Shown here piece after piece: positions 1 through 8,247 of a stretch of DNA of 29,455 nt. The notes beneath the pieces are model-generated. The model was given only the letters and a program-made list of their open reading frames with translations. It searched no databases and was not told where the DNA came from. This stretch comes from Actinomycetota bacterium (GTDB lineage: Bacteria; Actinomycetota; Geothermincolia; Fen-727; Anoxymicrobiaceae): positions 1 to 29,455 of the forward strand of contig PMJJ01000117.1 of assembly GCA_003157385.1 (NCBI GenBank), written 5' to 3'. The stretch's first letter is position 1, and each line of letters starts with the position of its first letter. Position numbers and translations under genes: made by a program.

Positions 1-114
1 TTTATTGGTACAACCCGATTCTATTGGAGCGTCCGTCTTCTTATTAATCCTGGTACTTTCAACTAAATTTTCTACTCACGATTCTCGGCGCGCTGATGCT
101 CTCGCCCACTTTTC

Positions 115-2190
115 CTATGCCGGTGGCGGTGCTGCCGGTGGCGGCTCCGGCTTTGGCGGCGCCTCCATCGGCTTGGCCTTGGGCGCGGGCGGCGCCTTGG
201 GAGTCTCGGCCGGCATATGCACGGCGGCCGGCTTCGTCGGCTTTTCTGCAACTGCTCCCGCCAGGTCCTGAGGCCCCTTGGTCTCGATCAGCCCCATCAG
301 CTGCGCGGCAAGGCCGTCGATCGCACCTCCGCCTCCGGTCACCAGGATGTTCGGCACGAATTTCTGCCCGCTCCTGGAAAGGGAATCGATAGCGTTCACC
401 AGCGCGGTGGGGGTCTGCCCAAGGGCAAGGACCTGCTCGCGGTAGGCCTTGGCGCGCGCCAGGCCAACGGCTTCGACCTCCGCGCCCCTCGCCCGGCCGG
501 TCTCGGCGATGTAGGTCGCCTCGCCGTCCGCCTCGGCCTTGCGGGCATTGGCGTTGTTGAGCTTGATGTCGACCCCGACCTTCGACTGTGCCAGCTGCGC
601 CTGCATGTCGGCGGTGCCGCGCGCCTGCTCGGTATCGATGCGCTGGACCTGGGCGTCCTTCTGCTTCTGGTAGGTCTCTATCTCCTGGCGGGCGATCTCT
701 CGCTCGGTCAGGACGCGAACCATGTCGGGCGGGAAGACGACGTCCTGGATGTAGACTCCCTTGGTCTCGACCTGGTAGTCGTCGAGCTTGTTCTTGATGT
801 GCTCGAACGCCTGCTCCTGGACCTCCTGGCGGGTCTCGATGAACTGGACCGCCTGCATGCTCTGCAGCTTGTCACGGAAGTGGTTCCCGACGGCCGCCTG
901 CAAGACTTCGTTGACCAGGTTCTGCATGGTGCCGACCATCGATATGACCTTGGGCGCCTTGGTGTCGGGCACGTGTATCTGCACCTGCAGGTCTATCGAG
1001 AACACGAAGCCTTCCCTGCTCTTGGCCACGATCTGCTTCAGCTGCCGGTCGAGGTTGTGTGCCTGCGAGGTCGCGTCCGCCCAGTTCAGTGTCAGGATCG
1101 CGGTAGGCACGATCTCGGGCTGGTACACGCGCGGGTTGATGGCGTACTTGCCCGTCCTCAACGGCTCCTGCCATATCCCCCGGTGCCCCGGGCGCACCAG
1201 CGAGCCGAACTTGAACTGCTCGCCGGAAGTGTCCTCCGTCGAGAGCCCCACGTACGCCTTGATGACGGCGACCTGGCCCTGCAGGACCACCAGCATCGGC
1301 ACCAGCTCCACGCTTACCAGGAACGGGTTGAGCGCGTAGGCGCCGTACAGCAGCGGGTCGTGCTGGAGGCCTATCTTGCCGCCGTTGTCGAGGAACTCCT
1401 GGTAGTCCTGGTAGTTGTTGTGGAGGTTGTTCTTGCTGCCCAGCAGGCCCTCGATCAGCTCGAGATCGTTGGCTCCGCTTTCCTCCATCGCGCTGACATC
1501 CTTGAAGCCCCCCAACCTGCTCGCGATGTCGCCCGAGGGAAGCGGCTCGCCCTCATAGGTGGTGACTATTCCGACCATGTCCTGCACCTCGGTGTCGGCC
1601 GGACCTTGCTGCGGAGCGATGGTCACCAGCTCGAGCTGCCACCGTTGGAGCCCGAAAGTCTCGGGCGTCAGCACTCCCTGCTTGTCTATGAGCCGCTTGA
1701 GCTCGGGTGAGGTCGGAACGCCGTAGACCTTGAGCTTGGTTATCACCAGAAAGCCGATCGGGTGTATCGGGGCGGACGTCCCCGGCGGGAGCACCGGCCG
1801 CTGTACGCCCTTCATCCCTCCGTTCGCGACGAAAGACTCAAGGTCCGAGAAGTTGCCGAACTCTTTCTTGAAGAGCGCGGACTTGGCGCCTATCGGCAGC
1901 GGCAGCCCGACCTGCGCGATGACGACTCCGATCTCGCCGGCGGGCACCTGCACCCACGGGAACCGCTCAACCTTGTGAGTGATCCAGAACTTCAAGCGCA
2001 ACCCCGGCATCAGCAGGTCGGCCTGGTAGCCCGGCTCGTGCTTGAACGCCACAGGGTTGTCATCGGAGAGCTCCTTGAAGCCGAACCTCTTCTGCACCAG
2101 GCCGACCTGGGTCGGGCCGATGCGCCGCAGAGATGGTAGGAGCAGCAAAAGGAACACTGCGACCACGATGATGGCTATTATCCAACCCAT
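115..2190 (-). CDS. Flotillin-like SPFH/band-7 family membrane protein (YqiK-like). It has an N-terminal TM helix, an SPFH domain, a long coiled-coil/EA-rich region and a Pro/Ala/Lys-rich C-terminal tail.
   Basis: 691-aa ORF. The N-terminus MGWIIAIIVVAVFLLLLL is a TM anchor. The central Q/E/A/R-rich heptad-like stretch is typical of flotillins. The C-terminus PKAPPAPKAKP...PPAAPPPA is low-complexity. The minus-strand upstream sequence carries AGGGAGG 5 nt before the ATG at 2190. The stop codon is at 115-117. Confidence 0.85.
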   Translation of the reverse strand: MGWIIAIIVVAVFLLLLLPSLRRIGPTQVGLVQKRFGFKELSDDNPVAFKHEPGYQADLLMPGLRLKFWITHKVERFPWVQVPAGEIGVVIAQVGLPLPIGAKSALFKKEFGNFSDLESFVANGGMKGVQRPVLPPGTSAPIHPIGFLVITKLKVYGVPTSPELKRLIDKQGVLTPETFGLQRWQLELVTIAPQQGPADTEVQDMVGIVTTYEGEPLPSGDIASRLGGFKDVSAMEESGANDLELIEGLLGSKNNLHNNYQDYQEFLDNGGKIGLQHDPLLYGAYALNPFLVSVELVPMLVVLQGQVAVIKAYVGLSTEDTSGEQFKFGSLVRPGHRGIWQEPLRTGKYAINPRVYQPEIVPTAILTLNWADATSQAHNLDRQLKQIVAKSREGFVFSIDLQVQIHVPDTKAPKVISMVGTMQNLVNEVLQAAVGNHFRDKLQSMQAVQFIETRQEVQEQAFEHIKNKLDDYQVETKGVYIQDVVFPPDMVRVLTEREIARQEIETYQKQKDAQVQRIDTEQARGTADMQAQLAQSKVGVDIKLNNANARKAEADGEATYIAETGRARGAEVEAVGLARAKAYREQVLALGQTPTALVNAIDSLSRSGQKFVPNILVTGGGGAIDGLAAQLMGLIETKGPQDLAGAVAEKPTKPAAVHMPAETPKAPPAPKAKPMEAPPKPEPPPAAPPPA

Positions 2191-2331
2191 TTTGTCCTCC
2201 CTTGCCTGCTTTGACGGTCCGCCCCAGCCTTGAAGGGTGAGGTTCCGCGCGAAAAGTATATGCCAACAAGCTCGAGCGGTAAAAAACAGGGCTTCAGCGC
2301 GGCTCTAGCTCTGCCGCCTCTATTTCGTGGA

Positions 2332-2358
2332 TTGAAACGGGCTCCCTTCCGTTATAAT
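2332..2358 (+). promoter_or_regulatory. Sigma70-like promoter candidate for the acyltransferase gene: TTGAAA-15 nt-TATAAT
   Basis: ttgaaa at 2332-2337 and tataat at 2353-2358. This is an AT-richer patch in a GC-rich divergent intergenic region. The spacer is 15 nt, which is short. Confidence 0.3.
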
Positions 2359-2398
2359 GAATCCACTCTTTGCGCTGGGATCCAGGGGAGTGGTACAC

Positions 2399-3187
2399 AT
2401 GGACGCCAACCAGATGCTCTTTTACGAGACGCTTCGCTTTATCATCGGGCCGATGGTGAAGATACGCCTGCACCTCAAAATCGAGGGGCAGGAGAATATC
2501 CCTGACACCGGCGCGGCGCTGATCGTCTGCAACCACCGCTCCAGTCTGGACCCGGTAATCCTCGCCTACTCCGTCCGCAACAGGTACATCAATTACGGCG
2601 CAGCGTCCTGGTCGTGGAAGGTGCCCGGCTACGCGCAGCTGCACGAGTGGACCGGGGCGTTCCCCATTACCCTTGCGGGCGGGCCCGACGCGAAGATGGA
2701 ACTCAACCGCGGTCTCGAGCTGCTGCAGAACGACGAGGTAGTCGGCATCTTTCCGGAGGGCGGCGATACGATCCTCAATCCGGGCAAGGTCGACAAGATC
2801 AAGCAGTTCAAGACCGGCTTCGCGCGGCTTGCGCTGGATGCCCGCGTTTCGGTAATACCCTGCACAGTCATAGGCGTGGCCGAGCGCCGGATGCCCACAA
2901 TTCCCGGCCCGCTGGTGGAGAAGCTGATCAAGCATCCCGAGGCGGGGCAGGGCTATTCCTCGGTCATGTACAAGCGCGCTGCCTGCCGCATCGGCGTGCC
3001 GCTCGACTTCGGCGACCTCTACGACAAGCCGGTCAACAAGCAGCTCCTGGACCTCATCACCAACAAGGTGCGGCAGATAATCATGAAGCTCTACAACGGT
3101 GAGGACCTCGACCGGTTCCTCACCGGCGAGACGCCGTTCGACTTCGCCTACGAGCGGGTCGGCAGCGGAGTGAAGAAGCTGCTTTAG
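2399..3187 (+). CDS. 1-acyl-sn-glycerol-3-phosphate acyltransferase (PlsC/LPLAT family)
   Basis: The HXXXXD acyltransferase motif is present (NHRSSLD) and the FPEGG motif is present (IFPEGGDT). The ATG at 2399 is preferred over the track start at 2357, because 2357 lies inside a TATAAT box and 2399 has AGGGGAG 8 nt upstream. Confidence 0.8.
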   Translation: MDANQMLFYETLRFIIGPMVKIRLHLKIEGQENIPDTGAALIVCNHRSSLDPVILAYSVRNRYINYGAASWSWKVPGYAQLHEWTGAFPITLAGGPDAKMELNRGLELLQNDEVVGIFPEGGDTILNPGKVDKIKQFKTGFARLALDARVSVIPCTVIGVAERRMPTIPGPLVEKLIKHPEAGQGYSSVMYKRAACRIGVPLDFGDLYDKPVNKQLLDLITNKVRQIIMKLYNGEDLDRFLTGETPFDFAYERVGSGVKKLL

Positions 3188-3212
3188 GCGCGCCGCACCT
3201 TTTTCGCATTTT

Positions 3213-3262
3213 AGTAGCGCCGGCGCTACTAAAAAGTAAAGCCGGGGACGAGCCCCGGCTTT
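3213..3262. terminator. Two tandem GC-rich palindromic hairpins between convergent genes, likely a bidirectional terminator
   Basis: agtagcgcc|ggcgctact is a perfect 9-bp-arm palindrome at 3213-3230. aaagccgggg-acga-ccccggcttt is at 3238-3262, flanked by A/T runs. It sits between the plsC-like stop at 3187 and the thiolase stop at 3280. Confidence 0.5.
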
Positions 3263-3279
3263 ACCTGATCAGTCTCTCT

Positions 3280-4485
3280 CTAGTTCTTGCCGACTATCGC
3301 GATGCTGCACACGTTCTGGTTCGGCACGCCGCCGAGGTTGTGGGTGAGCCCGAACTTCGGGTCCTTCACCGCGCGGTCCTCGGGCCAGCGGCCCAGCAAC
3401 TGATTGTACATCTCGAACAGCATCCTCAAGCCTGAGGCCGCGATCGGGTGGCCGAAGCACTTCAGCCCGCCGTCCGGCTGGCATGGGATCTGCCCGTCCA
3501 GGTCGAAGAAGCCCGCGAGAATGTCATCCGCCGCGGTTCCCGGGGCGGATATCTGCAGGTCTTCCATTGTTGCGAACTCGGTGATGGAGAAGCAGTCGTG
3601 CACCTCCATCATGCTGATCTCTTCGCGCGGGTTGGTTATCCCTGCTTCCTTGTACGCCTTTTTCGCGGCCATGCGCGTGGTCAGCATGCCTGCGCCGTCC
3701 CAGTCGGTGAAGAGCGCTTCCTCTCCCGAGGAGACGGACACCTGCAGTGCCTTGACGCTTACGAGGTCCTGGTTCGGCTTCATCTTCTTGGCGATCTCCG
3801 GCGTGGTTACGATCGCGCACGCGGAGCCGTCGCTAACGCCACAGCAGTCGAACAGGCCCAGCGGGTACGCGATCATCGGCGCGCCCATTATCTGCTCGAT
3901 CGGTATGGGCTTGCGCAGGTGCGCGCGTGGGTTCTTCGCGCCGTTCTGGTGGCTCTTCCAGGAGATGTGAGCCATTGCCTCTTTGATCTTCTCCATCGGC
4001 ACGTTGTACTTGGCCGAGTACGCTGTCGCGAGCTGGGCGAACAAGCCCGGCGCCGATGCGTTGGGCCCTATCATGGCCTGCATCTGCCCGAAGGCCGGCG
4101 AGTCGGGAAGTCCACCGTAACCGGTGTCCTTCAGCTTTTCGACGCCCTGTGCCAGGGCGATGTCGTAGGCGCCGCTGGCGACGCCGTAGCACGCCCCGCG
4201 GAACGCCTCGGTGCCCGAGGCACAGAAGTTCTCCGTGCGGGTCACCGGCGTCAGGGGAAGCTTCAGGGCCATGCCCAGGAAGTTGCCGCCCTTGCCGATG
4301 TTGATCTCATCGATATGGCTGCCCAGCCAGGCGGCCTCGATATCTTTCTTCTCGATTCCCGCGTCCTCCAGGCATTCGATAAAGGCCTCGACCGCCAGGT
4401 CCTCGGGGGCTGATTCCCAGCGCTCACCGAACTTGGTGCAACCCATCCCGAGGATCACTACCTTGTCCCTGATTCCTTCTGCCAT
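3280..4485 (-). CDS. Thiolase-like acetyl-CoA C-acyltransferase (SCP-x / archaeal-type acetoacetyl-CoA thiolase subfamily)
   Basis: 401 aa. The N-terminus is VVILGMGCTKFGE. The Cys-containing motif TENFCASGTEAF is present. The C-terminal region carries CFGHPIAASG and NLGG. It lies 4 nt downstream of the HMGCS-DUF35 gene on the same strand. An SD (GAGGGGG) precedes the ATG at 4485. Confidence 0.85.
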   Translation of the reverse strand: MAEGIRDKVVILGMGCTKFGERWESAPEDLAVEAFIECLEDAGIEKKDIEAAWLGSHIDEINIGKGGNFLGMALKLPLTPVTRTENFCASGTEAFRGACYGVASGAYDIALAQGVEKLKDTGYGGLPDSPAFGQMQAMIGPNASAPGLFAQLATAYSAKYNVPMEKIKEAMAHISWKSHQNGAKNPRAHLRKPIPIEQIMGAPMIAYPLGLFDCCGVSDGSACAIVTTPEIAKKMKPNQDLVSVKALQVSVSSGEEALFTDWDGAGMLTTRMAAKKAYKEAGITNPREEISMMEVHDCFSITEFATMEDLQISAPGTAADDILAGFFDLDGQIPCQPDGGLKCFGHPIAASGLRMLFEMYNQLLGRWPEDRAVKDPKFGLTHNLGGVPNQNVCSIAIVGKN

Positions 4486-4488
4486 TTA

Positions 4489-5949
4489 TTACGCCCCCTC
4501 TGCAACTACTGGTACGGCTTTCCAGAAATAGTTCGTGATATCGTGCTGATCGTCGCGGTGCTTGACTCGGAAACTGAACTCCACGGGTCCGCCGACCGCA
4601 AGGTCATCTATGGTGCAGTCTGTGAAGTCGAACACGTAGCGGCCACCGCCGTTGAAGTTGACCACCCCATACATCGACGGAGGGTTGATCGTGGCGGCCA
4701 GCATGTCGGACGTGAAGCTGAATATCTTGCCACCCTTTTCGGAGAGCACGATCGGCTCACTCTCGTCCACCGCGCCGCACTTGGGGTTCACGCAGATCCT
4801 CTGAGGCGGGAACTGCGGCTCGCCACAGCCGGTGCACTTCGAGCCTGTCAGCCCCAGTATCGCCTTGTGCGAGCGCCACATCAGCGTCCAGCGGGTCCAC
4901 CTCTGCTCCTCGCTGCGAAGCCCCAGCTCCGCGGGGACCATGCCCCGCCAGACCAGGTACTTCAGGTAGTTATCGAGGTCCGCGCGCCTGGCGAGCGATC
5001 CCGACACACCCATCTTCGGCTTGAACTTCTTGATCGCGTCGGTGACCTCGAAGGCAAGCGCGTCGCAGCCGCTTCCGTACGAGACGAGAAGCAGCTTGTC
5101 GCCGGGCTGTGCGTCCTCGAGGGCCCTCGAGAACATGAGCAGCGACTGGGCCGTACCCGTGTCGCCAATCTGCGCCTGCATGGTGTCCTGTACGTTCTCC
5201 GCCTCGAACCCCATTTTCTTGTTGATGGCCTTACGGGCGCCGCCGTAGTAGCAGGGGTAGATTATCTTGGAGAAATCGCCGGGCGCCATGCCGAGCTTCT
5301 CACAGAGGCCGTTGATCGCCTCGGGGATGAACTGGCCAAACCCGACGTCGCGGATCCAGCGCTCCTCCCACTGACGATCGTACTTGGTGTCGGCGCCCCT
5401 CATATGGTCCACGAAGTCGTGGCCCGTCGAGAACGAGCCTTTGTACTCGGCGATGACGTCGTCCGTTCCGACCATCACCGCGCCGGCGCCGTCTCCGAAC
5501 ATGAACTCCTGGACGCTGCCCATCTTACCCAGCCTGCAGTCGGCCGCGGTAACAATCACGTTGTTGGCGCTGCCGGCGGCGGCCGCGTCGAGGGCCGCGA
5601 TCAAGGCGGTCGTCCCTGCCTTGAGTCCCCCGGTGAAGTCCGCGGTCCTGACGCTCTCGCTGGTCGCCAGCGATCCGGAGATCAGGTTCGCGCAGAGGCG
5701 CTCCCTGTAAGATGCGGTCGTGGTGGCGAAGTAGACACCCCCCACCTCGGACCGGTCGATGCCGGTGCTGCAGTCTCTGGCGGCCGCGGATGCCATCGTC
5801 ACCGCGTCCTCGTCGAAGTTTGCTACCGCCTTCTCCCCCTGAGCGTTCATGATGTTGGCGGGGTTGAGCCAGCCCATCGACCCGAAGATGATCATCTTGT
5901 TCAGTCGAAAGCGGGGAACGTACCCTCCGTATGAACGGATCCCAACCAT
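4489..5949 (-). CDS. HMG-CoA synthase-like condensing enzyme fused to a C-terminal DUF35 domain (rubredoxin-like zinc ribbon plus OB fold)
   Basis: 486 aa. The N-terminal ~350 aa resemble archaeal-type HMGCS (GIRSYGGYVPRFRL...). The C-terminal ~120 aa carry CTGCGEPQF...CVNPKCG (C-x2-C...C-x3-C), followed by an OB-fold-like segment, which is the DUF35 architecture. It is operonic with the downstream thiolase. An AAGGGAG SD lies 7 nt before the ATG at 5949. Confidence 0.8.
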   Translation of the reverse strand: MVGIRSYGGYVPRFRLNKMIIFGSMGWLNPANIMNAQGEKAVANFDEDAVTMASAAARDCSTGIDRSEVGGVYFATTTASYRERLCANLISGSLATSESVRTADFTGGLKAGTTALIAALDAAAAGSANNVIVTAADCRLGKMGSVQEFMFGDGAGAVMVGTDDVIAEYKGSFSTGHDFVDHMRGADTKYDRQWEERWIRDVGFGQFIPEAINGLCEKLGMAPGDFSKIIYPCYYGGARKAINKKMGFEAENVQDTMQAQIGDTGTAQSLLMFSRALEDAQPGDKLLLVSYGSGCDALAFEVTDAIKKFKPKMGVSGSLARRADLDNYLKYLVWRGMVPAELGLRSEEQRWTRWTLMWRSHKAILGLTGSKCTGCGEPQFPPQRICVNPKCGAVDESEPIVLSEKGGKIFSFTSDMLAATINPPSMYGVVNFNGGGRYVFDFTDCTIDDLAVGGPVEFSFRVKHRDDQHDITNYFWKAVPVVAEGA

Positions 5950-6087
5950 TTAATCACTCCCTTTCCGGTTAATCCTCAACCCATCGATAACCGACCGCCT
6001 TACCAGCGGTCAGTATCGCGTTTCCCATCCACAAGGCTCGTATATACTCATCTACCACCCCGCCGCAAGTCAACCGGCGGGACCGGA

Positions 6088-6474
6088 TCAATCGAACTCG
6101 ACAACGTCGATGTAGGGGAATTTCTGCTTGAGCAGAGCCTTGATGCGCTTGCGCGCCTCGCGGTCGGTGATGTGCTTGACCTCGCTCACCGACAGGCCGT
6201 CCTCGTTCTTCTCCCCTTTGTAGGAGACCAGAATGCCGGCTACCGCGAGAAAACCCATTCCGCCCGGCCCGCAGCAAGCGGTGTCCGCGTGAGCACCCTT
6301 GAGCGCGAAGAGCACCTTCGTGCCCTCGAAATCCAGCACGCCTTCCTCCATCACCTTGTAGTATCCGCCGATGCTGCGTATCTCCTCGTTGAGAGGCTGG
6401 TGGACGTACCTGGACAAAATATACCCCCCGGTCGAGGTTTCCAGCCCATGATGACCGCTCTTCAGCCCCGACAT
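6088..6474 (-). CDS. Small single V4R (4-vinyl reductase-like) domain protein; hypothetical
   Basis: GGYYKVMEEGVLDFEGTKVLFALKGAHADTACCGPGGMGFLAVAGIL fits the V4R pattern GwG...v.e......v.f.v........C...G...G. The start is uncertain: the ATG at 6474 and the TTG at 6486 both lack an SD. Confidence 0.4.
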   Translation of the reverse strand: MSGLKSGHHGLETSTGGYILSRYVHQPLNEEIRSIGGYYKVMEEGVLDFEGTKVLFALKGAHADTACCGPGGMGFLAVAGILVSYKGEKNEDGLSVSEVKHITDREARKRIKALLKQKFPYIDVVEFD

Positions 6475-6678
6475 TATATAACGCAACAGTTCGAGGGTCT
6501 AAGACTGTCCAGGGCAGAGTGGACTGCCGGCCGATCTACGCGCGGAGGTGCCTGGAGCGGGCGGGCCTGGAGATAGTGTACGACCCGCCAAGCCAAATAT
6601 CAGGCAAAGTTGGCACACAACCTGGCTGGGGAAGAGTCGGCCAAGCGTGCAAAGCCGGCGGGACTCCGGCGCTACAAG

Positions 6679-6713
6679 AAAAAAACCGGGAGGTCATTTG
6701 CGGGGCCTCCCGG
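6679..6713 (-). terminator. Rho-independent terminator for the dodecin gene
   Basis: ccgggagg-(loop)-cctcccgg hairpin at 6686-6713, preceded on the plus strand by an A7 run at 6679-6685. On the minus strand this is a T-run following the hairpin. It lies 23 nt downstream of the dodecin stop. Confidence 0.55.
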
Positions 6714-6735
6714 CGTTTCTTCCGTTACGGATAGA

Positions 6736-6948
6736 TCATTCCTTGACGTACTTGAAGGAGACCTTCACCTTCGCCCTGTAGGCTACGACCTTGCCCTTCT
6801 CCAGCTTCAAGTCCAGGTCGGACACCTCAGCGATGCGCAGGTCCTTCAGCGACTTGCCCGCGGTATCAACCGCATTCTTCGCCGCGTCCTCCCATGATTT
6901 GTCGCTGGATCCGACGAGCTCGATGATCTTGTAGACGCTGTCAGCCAT
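6736..6948 (-). CDS. Dodecin family flavin-binding protein
   Basis: The 70-aa MADSVYKIIELVGSSDKSWEDAAKNAV...VVAYRAKVKVSFKY has dodecin length and pattern. A strong AGGAGGGGG SD lies immediately upstream of the ATG at 6948, so the longer track ORF to 7005 is rejected. Confidence 0.8.
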   Translation of the reverse strand: MADSVYKIIELVGSSDKSWEDAAKNAVDTAGKSLKDLRIAEVSDLDLKLEKGKVVAYRAKVKVSFKYVKE

Positions 6949-7055
6949 GGTCCCCCTCCTTGTTGTTGCCTGTGCCGCTGTCTCGTATTCTACAAACTGA
7001 GCCACACCCCTGCATTACTCCAGACGCATTTTGGCCTCTCCTCATCGGCAAATCC

Positions 7056-7084
7056 TTGATTCTTATGAATCGTAGAGATATAAA
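7056..7084 (+). promoter_or_regulatory. Sigma70-like promoter candidate: TTGATT-17 nt-TATAAA
   Basis: ttgatt at 7056-7061, a 17-nt spacer, then tataaa at 7079-7084. This is an AT-rich patch about 80 nt upstream of the 7164 ATG. The 5'UTR contains a ggcacgg/ccgtgcc hairpin. Confidence 0.35.
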
Positions 7085-7163
7085 CGTAACACCGGCTTCT
7101 CCCTATCGACGCGCCGGTTTGGGCACGGACTCTTAGCCGTGCCGGTATACAGAAGGTGGTCGC

Positions 7164-8240
7164 ATGAGGTACTGCAAAGGTTGTGGATTCCCGATACCTT
7201 ACGGGAAGTTCCTGGCCTGGACGCAGAACGGTACGATAATGGGCCGCGACTCCGCCCACACCCGGTTGGTCTACCTGGAGGTGGACGAGCTCCGCTCGCT
7301 GTTCGACGGGGTCTCCCGCTGGGTTAACTTCTCGATCGACCCCATCATCGCGCGCGCCGAAAAGGAAGTCGGCAAGCGGTTCATCCAGACGCTTCTTCCG
7401 GGCTTCATCGCGAAGATGCCGCGCGGCAAGATGGCTCGCCCCGAGTTCGGCATCCGGGCGACCAGCAAGTTCATCTTCAACTACATGGCCGGCCTGGGCA
7501 TGGGCCGGGCCGAGATGGTCGAGTACGTGAGCGGGAGCCACGCCCGTGTGATGCTTATCAATCCCCATTCCGTGCCGCTCATCGCGGGCGACGGCACCGG
7601 GGTCTTCGAGTTCATGGAGCGCATCGGCGTGGAGGTCGGCTGGGAGAGGATCAAGGCCGAAGAGTACATGGTGACCATCAGGAAAATAAGTGACCAACCG
7701 CCGGTCGAGGAGCGACTGACGCTCGCCGAAGCCCAGTACATCCCCGGCGGCGTCGAGCTCGACAAGTGCGCCAAGTGCGGTGTGCCGCGGGAGGTCACCA
7801 GCAACATCTACCTCGACCTCGAGAAGGGGGTCCTGCGCCACTCCAAGACGGGGATGCGCTTCGTCGCCCTGCCCGTTCAGAGTTTCCAGGCGGTCCTCCG
7901 CGAGCTCGAGGCGGAGTTCGGCTCCGAGCTCCCCGCGCTGATGGAAGGACTCGAGCAGAAGTACATGCGGGAGACCTCCAGCGTCCGCTACTCGATCGGC
8001 CGTGACAGGGACATGCTGGAGATTATCAGCGACTTCCCCTGGATGGGCATCGGCAATCCCGTCGGTGCCTGGCAAAAGGACCGCACCGTCCAGTTCGTGG
8101 TGGACAATCCGTTCCACGCCGGCATCGTGGCCGGCAAAGTCACCGGCGTGTATGAGGCATGGACGGGGAGCATCGTAAAGACCAGTTGGGCCGAGGACTC
8201 ACCCGGGCGCCTGCGCGTGACCCTCGAGCTGATGACCTGA
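7164..8240 (+). CDS. Hypothetical protein with N-terminal CxxC zinc-ribbon-like motifs and two V4R-like domains
   Basis: 358 aa. It has CKGCGFP near the N-terminus and DKCAKCGVP in the middle. Two segments are V4R-like: AGLGMGRAEMVEYVSGSHARVMLIN...GDGTG, and WMGIGNPVGAWQKDRTVQFVVDNPFHAGIVAGKVTG. A GAAGGTGG SD lies 4 nt before the ATG. It is followed after 7 nt by the MFS gene. Confidence 0.6.
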   Translation: MRYCKGCGFPIPYGKFLAWTQNGTIMGRDSAHTRLVYLEVDELRSLFDGVSRWVNFSIDPIIARAEKEVGKRFIQTLLPGFIAKMPRGKMARPEFGIRATSKFIFNYMAGLGMGRAEMVEYVSGSHARVMLINPHSVPLIAGDGTGVFEFMERIGVEVGWERIKAEEYMVTIRKISDQPPVEERLTLAEAQYIPGGVELDKCAKCGVPREVTSNIYLDLEKGVLRHSKTGMRFVALPVQSFQAVLRELEAEFGSELPALMEGLEQKYMRETSSVRYSIGRDRDMLEIISDFPWMGIGNPVGAWQKDRTVQFVVDNPFHAGIVAGKVTGVYEAWTGSIVKTSWAEDSPGRLRVTLELMT

Positions 8241-8247
8241 CCCTTCC

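Noticed and set aside
217-1710. 497-aa plus-strand ORF, plus further ORFs (5..271, 96..392, 588..797, 788..1339, 872..1174) overlapping the flotillin gene
   Set aside because: Antisense or out-of-frame shadow ORFs typical of high-GC DNA. Their products are Arg/Gly/Leu-rich with no domain-like features. The minus-strand 691-aa ORF has clear SPFH and flotillin character.
3448-4413. 321-aa plus-strand ORF, and the 3404..3970 and 3833..4192 ORFs, inside the thiolase gene
   Set aside because: Antisense to a strongly supported thiolase CDS. Arg-rich low-complexity translation.
4543-5934. 463-aa plus-strand ORF inside the HMGCS-DUF35 gene
   Set aside because: Antisense shadow ORF with an Arg/Ala/Gly-rich product. 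The minus-strand product has recognisable domains and an SD.
6990-8117. 375-aa minus-strand ORF overlapping the tandem-V4R gene
   Set aside because: Shadow ORF with Asp/Arg/Gly-rich nonsense-like composition. The plus-strand ORF has an RBS, CxxC motifs and operon continuity with the MFS gene.
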